Below, in pieces: positions 29,097 to 52,167 of a stretch of DNA of 64,000 nucleotides. The notes under the pieces were generated by a model that ran no database searches, was not told where the DNA came from, and was given only the letters and a program-made list of their open reading frames with translations. The translations under genes and the position numbers were made by a program. The stretch's first letter is position 1, and the number at the start of each line of letters is the position of its first letter. Source of the DNA: Lingula anatina (taxonomy: Eukaryota > Animalia > Brachiopoda); contig CM120640.1 in assembly GCA_051362555.1 (NCBI GenBank), positions 24,600,225-24,664,224 of the forward strand, given 5' to 3'.

Positions 29097-32000
29097 TTTC
29101 TTCAAATGCTGCCTATCTGACTTTCAAATAAGTTTTTCTTGTCCATTTCTTTGCAGAATTTTATGAAGAAGTTTTATCTCTTGTGTATATGTTGACATGT
29201 ACACAAATCTCACAGCACCTGTGGCAGGTCTTTTATATGGTCTATGAAATATTTCAGAAAGATGGATTTGATTACTTCACAGGTAATATGAATACTTATT
29301 TATAAGGCTGTCATTTAGTAAGAGTTGTTTTGAAGAGAGATTTGCACTTTATGATAAGCTTTAGAAGCAGTATGTCAGTGATTTCACATCTGCTTTGGGT
29401 TTACATGAGTTTATATTTTCATATCTCTTCCAGACATGATGCCAGCCCTCCACAACTATGTCACAGTAGATCCACAAGCTTTTCTTGCAAATCCCAAGCA
29501 TTTAGAGATCATCTACAACATGTGTAAAACTGTAAGAAATGCAAAGATTTTTATGCGTGATTTATTTATTTATTTATTATTTTATTTATTTTTTTTTTGT
29601 TATTAGGGCATGATCAAGTACTGCTTGATACTTCCAGTATATTTTGCTTTTACATACCAGTTTGATAGAAAATCAAGCTGTACAATGGCTCATGGTTTAT
29701 ACTTAATCTGTAGTTTAGTAGAATGTAGACATTATTGAACAACCTCTCCAATGTTCTGCCTTGTGTTGTCTAGGTAATGACAGGAGATGCTGGTGAGGAT
29801 GCAGAGTGCCATGCTGCCAAGCTGCTAGAGGTGATCCTCCTCCAGTACAAAGGACAAGTTGACCCTGTAAGTGCACATGTGAAAACTAGTTGATCTCTGA
29901 GAATTATATATAGATCATCTTTTGCTTGTTGACCATGGTGTTGTATTAATATGATGAATAGAATTTATTTGCTCCTTATGGGATCACTGCTGTTTATTGT
30001 GTTGTTAGATGATACTGTAGGGCAAGTATTCTTGCATGTTTCCTCATTATTATTTTGTTGATTATTTTTATCATGTTCACCAATGGATATTGTGTTACAA
30101 CGCCAACTAGATTAATTTACAAGTTAATACTTTTTATTATTATTATTATTATTATTGACATTCAATGTTCAGGTGGTTCCGTCATTTGTGGAGTTGGCTC
30201 TTGAGAGATTAACAAGAAAAGTGAGGACCTCGGAATTGAGAACAATGTGTCTGCAGGTTGTCATTGCTGCACTCTATTACAATCCTCAGGCCTTGCTAGA
30301 CATGCTGGACAAGATGCGTTTACCAAATATCACAGATTCCATCACAGCACAGTTTGTGAAACAGTGGTTACACGACTGTGATTGTTTCCTTGGGTAAGAG
30401 ACTGAACTAGTGTAATTATGTCCGTTAGTTGCACAATAATTTTAAGAATTGGATGTCAACAATTGAATAAAGCTGAATGGCATTTGACATCTTTTGTCAT
30501 TTCTCAGTAAATAACAATGTTAATTGTCAACCCCTATTATTACCTATGGGTCAGACTACAGCAATAGTGTTATTTCTTTACATATTTATTACCTGTTTTT
30601 ATCCTTTTGTCTACAGTCTTCATGACAGAAAAATCAGTGTCCTTGGTCTTTGTACGTTAATGGACACACCCTCTACTCGCCCAGCTGCCATCAATGAGAA
30701 TGCCTCACAGATCCTCCCCTCCGCTCTGCTGCTCTTTGCAGGTCTAAAAAGGGCTTACGCAAGTGAGTTTGACACACTGTGTCTCACGTGTTTGATTTTT
30801 TCATAGATTGACATTGAATATCATTTAGAGAATTAAAATTGATTTTGATATTTTTTATCAGATGGAGTATAGAATAAAAGAGACAAGTGCAACTGGTGAG
30901 AAATTAAAGTGATTATTTGGTAATGAAGAATTTATTCTTTTCCTTAGGTCGAGCAGCAGCTGAAAATGAAGAGGGTGATGATGAAGATGAAGAATACGAG
31001 GAAGGTAAGAAAGATTTGAAATACACATTAAGAAATTGAGCAGGATTTTTATTCAGTTAACTGAAAGTGGAAATCCTTTTCCTTGCTGACATTTTTTAAT
31101 AACATAATTGACTATATTTGCTCAAGTTGTCTTGCATTCAATCTGTATTTCCAACTTTATTGTAGATGAATTAGGCAGTGATGAAGATGAAATTGATGAA
31201 GAAGGTGCTGAATATTTAGAAAAATTGGAGAGATCGGTGGGTTGAAAAGTTGACTACAAAACTTTAGAATGTTTAATGATAGAGACCTGCTTTTTGTTTG
31301 CAGATATAAAAAAATCAAATACCAAGTATCACATAACATATAAAGTCAATGGATGTTATTCAAATATTGAAATATCCAGATATCATGGCTGCTGATGTGC
31401 TGTAAAGATCTACCATAGTAGTGAACGTGATAAGATAATTAGAAAGATGGGATAATTTCTTAAATATGGATACAGTTTGTGCCACATCCAATAAAAAATT
31501 GTAAAGGAAACGTAGAAAGCTGAAACAGAGTAGTGTTATTACCCATATGCTTTATTTGGTATTTCTAGGCAAATGGAGATGATGACAGTGATGACGAATA
31601 TGACGACGAGGCAGAAGAAACTGCATTAGAAAGTTACAGGACACCTTTAGATGATGATGACTGCACAGTAGATGAATATCAGGTCTTTAAAACTGTACTA
31701 CAAAGTAAGTATTTTATAATGTTAAGATCTCCATCTTTATCAAGTTAATTATGAGATGGCGTTTAAAACAGATTTCCAAATAAATTGAGATCCTTGAGCT
31801 GTCGGTGATTAATTGATTATTTTCATGTCTTAGGCTTACAAAGCAGGGATCCCAGCTGGTACAGCTCCCTAACTAGTCAATTAACACAGGAACAACAACA
31901 GGAATTAAATGAAGTCTTTACATATGCTGAACAGAGGAAGGCTGTCCAGGGTAAATCAGTTTTTTTTTTTTCTTATAAAACCAATTAAACCATGTGTTTG

Positions 32001-32274
32001 TACATGCTCATTCAAAGTAGAGTGTCGAAAAACGGGTAGGGAGACATTTGTGTTTTAAATTAAGAAGCCGTACTTTTATTCACAACATGAATTTTAAAGG
32101 TACAAATGTGATAGGAAGTTTTTTTAATGTAAATTATATAAGGCAATGTTTTCCAATATTAACAGATTTGATGAGGTTTTTCTATTTGATGTTACAGATT
32201 CAAAGAAGATAGAGAAGAGTGGTGGGTACGTCTTTGCCAATGTATCTGTTCCCACCAACTTTAACTTTGGTTGA
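22702..32274 (+). CDS. IPO7: Importin-7 (importin-beta family, IPO7/IPO8 clade), multi-exon
   Basis: Starts [28 protein letters not shown]; internal motifs [80 protein letters not shown]; acidic loop exons; ends [17 protein letters not shown]. Confidence 0.96.
25208..25425 (+). ncRNA. SNORD17: Box C/D snoRNA, SNORD17 (HBI-43)-like, copy 1, in IPO7 intron
   Basis: Terminal stem GTGTGA/TCACAC, C box ATGATGT (25215-25221), guide TTAATCCATTC followed by D' CTGA (25240-25243), terminal D box CTGA (25416-25419). The guide is complementary to the 28S segment GAAUGGAUUAA. Ends and length resemble recalled human SNORD17 (GTGAAATGATGA...ATCCATTCGCTGAG...AATCTGATCAC). Confidence 0.85.
26001..26180 (+). 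pseudogene. Degenerate SNORD17-like copy 2 in IPO7 intron
   Basis: TGTGAAATGATGTAAC...CTGAGTCAT...TCTCTGGCAGC...GTATTC aligns by eye to copies 1 and 3. The guide is altered, and the terminal D box and 3' stem are lost (GAAGATTAGGAATTTTT versus GACGATTATTGGAATCTGA). Confidence 0.7.
26855..27072 (+). ncRNA. SNORD17: Box C/D snoRNA, SNORD17-like, copy 3, in IPO7 intron
   Basis: 218 nt, about 7 substitutions relative to copy 1; identical C box, guide, D', D box and terminal stem; flanking intron sequence is not shared. Confidence 0.85.
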
Positions 32275-33986
32275 GAACTTTTGACAAGAAAAGACAAATG
32301 AAAGCATTCATGGGGACTTTCTTGCATCTGGAAAATCTTAGTTTCTTACTGAGTGGTGTGGCTTTCCAGCATTGGCTATGGAATTTCAGAGTCGAAGATT
32401 GGGCAAGGGTCATTATGGCAAGGTTGAACATAAACAATTGGGAATTATAATTTTATCATCCAAGGAAGAATATCAAGCACTTGCCAGTGACATCTATTTA
32501 ATGTTTTGAGGATAACATTTTCAGCCCTTCCCATTGATCATTACAGTTTGTAACAATCCATTTATCGCGAAAATATTTTAATCTTAAGTGAAAAGTAGTT
32601 TCATTCATCACAGAGACAAAGATGAAGCTTCCCTCCCTGTATCATGAAATAATCTTGTGGCTTTTTCGTCACTACATTTATTTATTTTCTAAAGAATTAA
32701 GCCTTTGGCTCCTAGAATGAATGAGACTACAGGAAATGCTTTGTACTGTAAGTGATTTATATACACTAAATTTAAGCATGCTGCTGGCACAGTTTCAAAG
32801 ATCATTTTCATTACCATTTCATGAAAGCTCAGTGTGTGGATTCAAAAGCTTATTTTATATAACAGAAATTTCTGTGGCATTATGGACAGTTTAAGCAGTT
32901 CTGTACACTTGTTACAGAACTCAGAGTGCCAACTAAGGATCTTATTATACCAAGTGTGTTAAACATTTTAATTGCCCTCCTCTCCAGCCTTTGTTATTGC
33001 AAAAATAGAAGCAACCAGAACCAGTCTTATTGTTTCATAACATTGTGCAGATACTGGTTTTACCCCTTGCAATATGGTAGGCCAAACACCCGCATGAAAT
33101 TTTGTAATGCAGTTTCATAAGTCTCCCCCCCCCCCCCCTCCCCATTTTATTGAAATTATTTTGGCATACACACTAAAAGTATTTTTAAGTCTCTATGCCA
33201 TTTTTTTGTGCCTACATTCAGCAGTGACAATAAATTTCTTTAAGTAAACAATTGTTTGAATTACTCATCGTCTTTGCCGACTGATTATTTTTTCATTTTT
33301 TACATTTTGTTAACTGCCATTTGGATTCAGAGTAAAAAATATTCTTAATTGCTCAAATCTTTATTTAATATTCTTTGTAGAACATGGGGAAGCCAATATG
33401 TTTTTGTACATAATTCAATTTTGAAAACTTACAATAAGCAACAATTGTTTCAATAAGGCTCCCTTAATTTCACTGTATTGAAGATTTTGGATTTAACAGT
33501 ATTTCTTCATTTTCATTTACACTGAAAATGTTCTGCAAAACCTGACAAGTAATTGTCCTTTAATCTACCTGGCACTATATACACATTTCTCATGGTTTGC
33601 ATTTATCTTCAGAGCAGCAAACTACACACTATAGGGTTCAAGGATTGTTATAACGGATAAAATAGAATTGTTGGTTGTCCAGAACTTGTGTGCAGTTAGA
33701 TCTTCATGTGCAACAATGCAACTTGTTGGGACAATGTTCTGTAGTTACAAATGCTATTTTGGTCAATCTCTTGCTCTGACAACTGCAAATCTCAAATCCA
33801 CCGTGAACTGAAAAGAATTTACATCTTGAAATTTTCAACCAACAACTAGATTGGCATTCTGCGAAATTTTCCAAATAAAGTTGGCATTTCATTGACACTT
33901 CCCAGGGTTATCAGGATTCTAGAAAATGATGGGCATTCCATCCTCACTAAAGAAGCAACTATATTCAGTGTATTGGAAAGCTGAAA

Positions 33987-44314
<10,328 letters not shown>

Positions 44315-45078
44315 GACTGAACCTGTGGTTGCCAAATTCGGCACCTTCAACAACTTCAGCAACACAACCTCTCATGCACAGAACAAAATGAAATGCGCAT
44401 GCGTCCCGGGAAATTTGTGCTCTCTACCAAAGTTATTCTCTCATGTATTTCAAAGTTATTTAGTTCTTTGTTCGATAAACTGATATCAGAATTGTGAAAT
44501 ATATTCCATTATAATAATATCTAAGTGATGTCAGCACGCAAAGTTTAAAATTTGATACAGATGATGGGGGGAACAATAAAATCTAAATTCGAAAATCAAT
44601 CCCAATAGGCACTAACTCTGCATCAATGCTCTCTTTTGCTCTTTCATGTTTGTTCAAGCACTGGCCGGTGCCCCAGGTAGCTGTCGTTGCCTGTTGGTTT
44701 TGAAGTACAACTTCATTGTGATTTTGTAAGGTAAGAAGAAAATAAAAGAGCTGGAAAGCTTCGTAAAACAAATGATTTCAAAGTGTTATCCACTTTTGTA
44801 TTACATGACTCGCGGGGATGGAGGGAGTGGGGGAGGGCATACAATGTACAGTAATTTCATTGAGACTATGATACTAAACATTCATGTATATGTGTAATGC
44901 ATATAATCCGATAAAGTCGACAGCTTTGGTTTTATACAATGGCATAATTACTTTTGAGTATCGGGCAATTAAGGTACTGACAAGTTATATACTGTAATAC
45001 AGCTAAAGAACTCATCAGCTTACCAAAATTTTCTGACTTTTATTTTATTGCACATGCTAACATCCTACTTTTTAAGAG
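44315..45078. promoter_or_regulatory. Putative bidirectional promoter / 5' region shared by DDB1 and XRCC6
   Basis: Start codons are ~765 bp apart and divergent; NRF1-like TGCGCATGCG at 44394-44403 sits next to CCCGGGAAA; local CpG retention; probable XRCC6 non-coding first exon ending at AAG|GTAAGA (~44730). Confidence 0.65.
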
Positions 45079-48000
45079 ATGGATTTCACATGGGGGACAC
45101 AGTTTGGTGATGATGATGATGAAGACAATGAAGAAGAAGGGTTCCTTGGTCAGGTAAGAGAATATTATATTAAGTTGACACTCTCACAGGGATTTGAACT
45201 TTACAGCACATGCAGTTACTGTTCTTTATTAAGAGACCTTTCATACACTGATGACTGAAAATATGGTGAACCTATCGTAACACAAAAAACATAAAGTGCA
45301 ATTCATTTACATACAGTTTGCAATTATTTGAAGTATGAGAAAATACAGTTAAAAACAACATTTTCAGATAAAGTCAAGAAAAATATTTAATATTAAACCT
45401 TAAGAACTAAACAATAAAAAACTTTATAAGCAGGAGCATTCTACATTGATAATGATGAATGAATGAATTAAAAAATGAATAAATTAATAACCAGTTATTA
45501 AAGGCAGACTGGCACAAGACAGTTTGAGAGTGTTCTTGTGACATTTTTTAACAAGTCACAGATGGTATTTTTGCACAAATAATACTTACCTTAATCTTTA
45601 TTATATTAAACTGTCTAGGCTGGCTTTGGAGGAAGAGATGGATTGATATTTTTGATTGACTGTGCAGAATCCATGTTTCAAAATGGAGATTCCGAGGAAA
45701 CACCTTTTGAACTTTGCATTAAAGTAAGTGTTTTACTCTTAATATTTTAGTACCAGTTTTATTATGAAAACTTATTACAAATCTATTCACAGTAGCATTG
45801 TTGTATAGTTACAATTTAGGTGTTATTTTAATGGGGATTACATTTTTTCATAATCGCAAGATAGTAGATCATAATAAAATGCTGGTATGTGTTTTTAGTG
45901 AGATTTGAGTGCAAGGAACATTTTCCAATACATTTAGTTATGGATATCTAATGTAAGGTTCCATTATTATGTTACAGTGTACCAAGAATGTCATTCAAAA
46001 TAAGATCATCAGCAGTGACAGGGACTTGTTGGGAGTAGTATTTTATGGAACGGTATGTGTGAAATTTAGTTCATAGAAAGAAGATCTTTTATCATCTAAT
46101 AATTTTGTTTTGTTTTGTTTTATGTAATACATTATAGTTTTGATGAGACTTTATAAATTGATAAGCTGACGTCTTTATTTCCCCACTTTTTTTTTTGCTT
46201 TAATATATGTTATAGCAGTAATATAGTATTTTTATAATATTTTAGTATTTTCATGCAAGATTTGTCGAATGCATTTTTAAAAAATCTTAAAACACCTTTT
46301 TTATTTTATTAGGAAAAGGACAAGAATCCAGGGGATTTCAAGAATGTGTATGTTCTCCAGGTAAAATGGAATGTGCCAATGTAACAGTATATTAATTGTT
46401 AATTAAGTTACAGTTGCACTGAACTGTATTTCATTTTATTATCCAAATGACATATTTTGCATTTATATAATTGTATGCTTAATTGTCCATATTTATTGTA
46501 ACTGGCATTAGTAATTCCTAATAAATACCAAACGTGCACTTTGCCATAAACCTTTCAGCTTACTGGCCACTTTCCTAAAAACTACTGGTCCAAATCTGGA
46601 TTCAATGGTCTGAACAAAAATTTCAATAATACTGGACATTTTCTCCTATTGCATTTAATATTTAGAATGTCATGTAATGGCTATAGTTCAGAAAAATTAA
46701 ACCATACTGAAATCTCTTTTTACAAAACTTTCAGAGAAAAATCTTATGGCCATGTCGGACCACTAAATTCACACATTCTGAAAAAATCTACCAGTTCAAA
46801 CACCTATTGGGCCGTAGGCTTAGTACCAGTGGCTAATGTGACAGAGTGTTTTTACTTCCCCAGCACTAGCATTGTTTTTTTTTTTCCATTTATGTACTGG
46901 TCAGCCTCTTGAGCAGCCTGGTGCCCCTGCGGTACTCCAGCTGGAAGCTTTGCTCGAAGAGGGTAATGATGACTTTGATACCAACTATGGACACAGCAGC
47001 ACTTATTCACTAGGAGATGCTTTATGGACATGTCAGAATATGTTCTCACACAGGTATAAGTTGAAAGGGTTGTTACAGTTTTAGTACATTTTTCTTCTGT
47101 AAATATTTTTAAAATTTTTTTGTTGATAAAACTCAAATATCATAGCATCTTAAAATCCATATCATGATGTTTGAGCATTTAAAAAAAAGCCACCTTGAAT
47201 TGCATTTTTTTACTAGAAAGTATATCACCAGTAAGCATTGAAATCTGATCATTCTATCCTATTCCATTCTATTTTTCTTAGCCCTCACAAGATAAACTAC
47301 AAACGGGTGATGCTTTTCACAAACGATGATGATCCACATAGAAATAACAATTCCCTAAAAGTGAGTACTATCTCAAGAGAATCTAATAATATTTGATTCA
47401 AGGGTGTTAAAATAAGAAGAGTGAATCTGGTCCATGTTCAAAATGTGTCGTGTGTTTTCATTTCAAACCGACAGTACTGACAAGATTGTTTATGAAATTT
47501 AAGCTCTCTTAGTACCATTGCCATTGCTGCATTTTGTTGTTTAATTTTTGATTTTTTAGAACCAAGCTAAAGCCAAAGCTGTTGATCTACATGAAACAGG
47601 TATAGAACTGGAATTGATGCACATACAGAAACCTGCAGAAGGTTTTGATCTAGGGAAGTTTTACAGGGTAAATATAATAGCTTGATTTACATGTTTTCCT
47701 ATCCATGAATTTTTAAGGCCTGTATACGTAGTATTTAATATAGTCATATGTAGTTCAAGAAATGTTGCTTATTCAAAGATTGCACATTTGTAAGCATTCT
47801 GCACATGGACTTTATTATATGACAGTGTATTTGGGAGGTAAGCATATAGTAGAATAATTATAGCTTAAATTATTTTATCCAACCAGGATATTCTCTACTT
47901 TGATGATGATGAAAACACTGTGCTTGCTGACCCTGCAGAGAAGTTTGAAGAATTGTTGACAAGGTCTGGTGATGTTGCATTTACACATGGATCTCCTGAC

Positions 48001-51000
48001 AATAATTAAGTTGTTCAGTTTAAATACAGTTCAATTTAAGTCTGTTATAAATTTATAAAGAATTACATATGCATATTGAGCATACATGATCAATATTTTC
48101 ACTTTGATTGTATAAAAATACTTTGCTTTTTTAAAATACATTTTCTCCATACTTTATCTAGGGTGAGATCGAAAGACCATAAGAAAAGAGCAACAGCCAG
48201 AATTCCACTGTCCCTTGGAAAGGACCTCAATATGTCAGTTGGAGTGTGAGTATAAATATATAACCACCTGGTGCTTACAGAAATAAAAACTGATGAATTC
48301 TAACAAATATCAGTAGTATTAAACCAAGGCAATATGTATCAAATTTTCTGTTTTACTAGATACAACCTAGTCCGTGCTTGTCCAAAACCATATGGAGTAA
48401 AGCTGTATAAAAAGACTAATGAAGAGGTGAAGACTGTAACAGATTTGATCCTCAAGGTAAGTTAGTTGCTATCACATCTGTGTATTTTTTCTCTGTTCTT
48501 CTTTAGTATTTTTTAATATAAAATAAGGAATTACAAGGTTGCTCCTTAAAATTGGCAAATATGAGGAAACGTTTATGGAAAGAACGGCATATTCTTTCAG
48601 AAACAGAGTGAACCATGTTTTTTTGAATATATAGTGTCTGTAAATAGCAAATTAACTGTTTTTGTAGGAAACTGGGGAAGTGCTTATGCCCCAAGACATT
48701 AAAAAGTATGTTACGTTTGGTGGCAAGAAGATTGCTTTAGAAACAGAAGAAATAAAAGAAATAAAACATTTTGGAGATCCAGGTTGGTGATTTACAAAAA
48801 TATGTATTAACTTAGAGCATTAAAACTGTCATCAATTTTTTCTGATGTCTACAGGATGCTATTGGTGTGTTTACTCAACTTCTGAATTAATAAAGAAGAC
48901 AGTTAAGAAATCAAACAATTTGTTGTGTGCGCTATTGTTACATGCTTGAAATGAAAATATAATAGAAAAATATGGAAAAATATTATATGTGTATATATAG
49001 TGAATTTTGCTTCATTTTCAGGGTTCACTTTGATGGGGTTCAAACCACGATCCTTCTTAAAGAGATACTATTATGTCAAACCAGCCCAGTTTTTATATCC
49101 AGATGAAACTGTAAGAAAAATACAATAGAAGAAACATTTTAATTCATTCTTTGGATATGTACAGTTTTTTCTTCAAGTAATGCACACATATTCATTATTG
49201 GATCATCAACTTTTTTTTATTACATCTGTTTGCTATCCATCTTTTACAGCAGTAGTGGGGATAGGGCTGTTGAGGTAATTATAACATGTGTTGCATTTAG
49301 TTTTAGTTGCAGTTGTGTATTTCAGACTGTTCAAGGAAGCACTACCATGTTCACTGCTCTCTTAAAGAAGTGCTTGGAGAAGGATGTTATGGCCATATGT
49401 AAATACATAGCTAGGAGAAACACTCCACCAAGATTTGTGGCACTGCTTCCCCAAGTAAGTTCACATCATTTTCTTGAACTGATTTTCAAAGCCATTACTA
49501 ATTACAAAATTTAATTTAAAAAAGATAACACTTGTTTTCCAGTTATTGTTCATTATCTTTGGAACTGTCATTTTGCGAGAGACTATGGGTTTGGTTTTGT
49601 GCTTTGAGTTGGGCCTTGTGCCCTGGTATAGTATGGAGTTTGGCTATAATAAGTCTTATTCAGGATTTTGAGCACAGTGCAGTCTCTTAAAGCCTGTGTC
49701 TACTTGACTACTGGAATTGGGACGTCTTCTTTGTCTTTTCCCTTGCTTTGTTGCCCAATTGCTTTCAAAAGCAGGCATGCCTTTCATGCTGATCTGTCTA
49801 TTGCAGCAGCCTCCCAGGGCAGCAGATCTATATTTGGAGTCTGCCTATCTGCATGTTATTACTAAAAGTTACAATAATGTGTTGGTGTGATATTTTTAAA
49901 TATTCAAATATTTTAATATTCATGCACTCATCAAATTGTCAGTAGACTGTAAAATTTGAAGTATTCTAACAACAATGACATGTCAAGCTCTGACTCTCTG
50001 TCTGGTTGCATGTGGGTAAGGATCTACTTTGTACTCTACATCTACAAGTTTGTGTTGTTTTGCATACCTCAATTATTAGGAAGAAGAGTTAGATGACCAC
50101 AATGTCCAGGTCACTCCTCCTGGGTTCCATGTGATCCCGTTGCCATATGCAGATGAGATGAGAAAACTGAAATATGACAACATGCCAAGAGGTATGTTGA
50201 AGTTTTCATTTTTTTCCATATGCATAATTTAAATTATCTTTTTGAGATGCAGCATGCTTAAAACTTTCTGTGATCAGGAGTTATTTTGAGATAATTTTAT
50301 TATTTTAAATATATTTAAATCATAGTCTTAAAAATATATTAAAATTTTCCTTTGATTTTCCATCTGGTTTAAGAGATGTCATTTATGGTCAGTTGTTGAA
50401 CTGCATAGAAGAGAAATATTTCTGTGCATTCCAGCTAAAACAGAGCAGATAGATAAAGCCAAAGAAATAATAAAGAAGCTCCAGTTTACATTCAGAAGTG
50501 ATAGTTTTGAGAATCCAGCTTTGCAGAACCATTACCGTAATGTGGAGGCCCTTGCTCTGGACAGAGACCAAGCAGAGGAATTAATTGATTACACAGGCAA
50601 GTTGGATTTTCTTCTTAATTTCACATATTGCAGGACCTCAGTGATACTTCTTTGATGGTAATATACTGTAGCCACTCAAGTGTCCTGTTGTGTGCATCAG
50701 TGTATTTGTGTTATTGTCTATTTGGATTGTCATATACTAGATAGATATTGGTACATTGGTATAATATATTGAGTTATTTTTATTTTAGAGCCTGATGTTC
50801 AGAGACTAGAAAGGAGAGCTGGAGCATTAATTGGGCAGTTTAAAGATCTGGTTTATCCAGAGGGATATCAGGCAGGAAAGAAAAGAAAGGTAAACAGTGT
50901 ATTATTTGCCACAGAAAACCACCCCTAAAAGCAAATAAAGCATATGTCATCATGGTTAGATAACTCGTAACTCTAGGTATGTATTATGGTGAAGACTTCT

Positions 51001-51427
51001 GAAAATTGAAATCAATATTATTGCATTGTAGGCAGGAGGAGCTGCCCAGGGACCAGCTGCCAAAAAGACAAATGAAGAAGCTGTTGATGTGAAAAAAGAG
51101 GCTCAGGCTGGAAGGGTAATGATGGTGATATTGTTAAATTAACAAAGATATCAATAAAATGATACAGGGTGATGTTGGACAATGATTATTTTGAAAAAAT
51201 ACCATGATTTATTCAAGGAGAATGGGAGTAGTTTGAATTAGTTCAGATATTTCATATAGGGTCTTTTTGAAACTATTTTAATAAATATTTTTATACCTCT
51301 TTTACAGCTGGGAAAACTGACTGTTAAAGTCTTGAAAGAGTTTGTAGAAAACTTAAAATTGAAACCAGCCAGTCAACGCAAAGCTGACCTCATAGATGCC
51401 ATAAATGATCACTTTGGAACTGGATAG
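45079..51427 (+). CDS. XRCC6: Ku70 / X-ray repair cross-complementing protein 6, multi-exon
   Basis: [20 protein letters not shown] start; [99 protein letters not shown]; SAP-like end [12 protein letters not shown]...[16 protein letters not shown]. Confidence 0.96.
50597..50788 (+). other. Non-canonical GC-AG intron in XRCC6
   Basis: Donor CAG|GCAAGT and acceptor TTTTAG|AG give in-frame DYT-EPDV. Confidence 0.8.
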
Positions 51428-52167
51428 AGTCTTACTTGGAGACTTGTCATATAATTTATCTGCACTCCGGACTAATTTTTCTGAAAGGACCAATCTCTCT
51501 TACAATAATTTTGGAGGAACCATGATACTGGAGATATTTTTTGAAACATTGACCTAGTTCATTAAAGATTTCCTGGATCATTTTTAGTTCTCACATTGAC
51601 AAGTGTTGTCCGTTATTTTGAATGATAATTGGCTGATGTGGAGATTAATGTTTCATTGCCTAGAAATGATTAAGAATGCTTACACTTTCTCCATTAATAT
51701 GCTGACAGATATACATTTAAAATGTATTTAGTTTTTTAGTATACATTATTAATACTAGAAGATAGAAGAATATTGTAAACAAATTTTGATTAAGTTTTTG
51801 TAAAATAATTTTATTTTATATTGGAAAGAAAAATACTTTTTCATGAAAAATAAAACAGATTTCTTGTAACATGATAAATATGCACTCATACAAAATATCC
51901 TTAAAATCCTCTACAAGCATAACCTTTCCAGGAGTTCATAAAAAATTAATGGTCATAAGAGTCATAGATATATATTTTTAAAGAAACATTCTTGATTTAA
52001 CTTGAAAGCAATATTTAAAAATTCTATGAAAAATTTTGATTCCCCCCCCTCCAAAAAAAAATAATAAGAAGAGATCATTTGTAGGCATTTTAAGTTGCCC
52101 TGCTTGACTATTATGAAATCACTTGACTATCGATCCTTGGCATTTCAAAACCAGTTACTGTAACACT

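Noticed and set aside
49703-49716. Short reverse-complement similarity to recalled SNORA53 sequence
   Set aside because: Wrong strand for an intronic snoRNA, only ~13 nt, and G-U pairing favours the plus strand.
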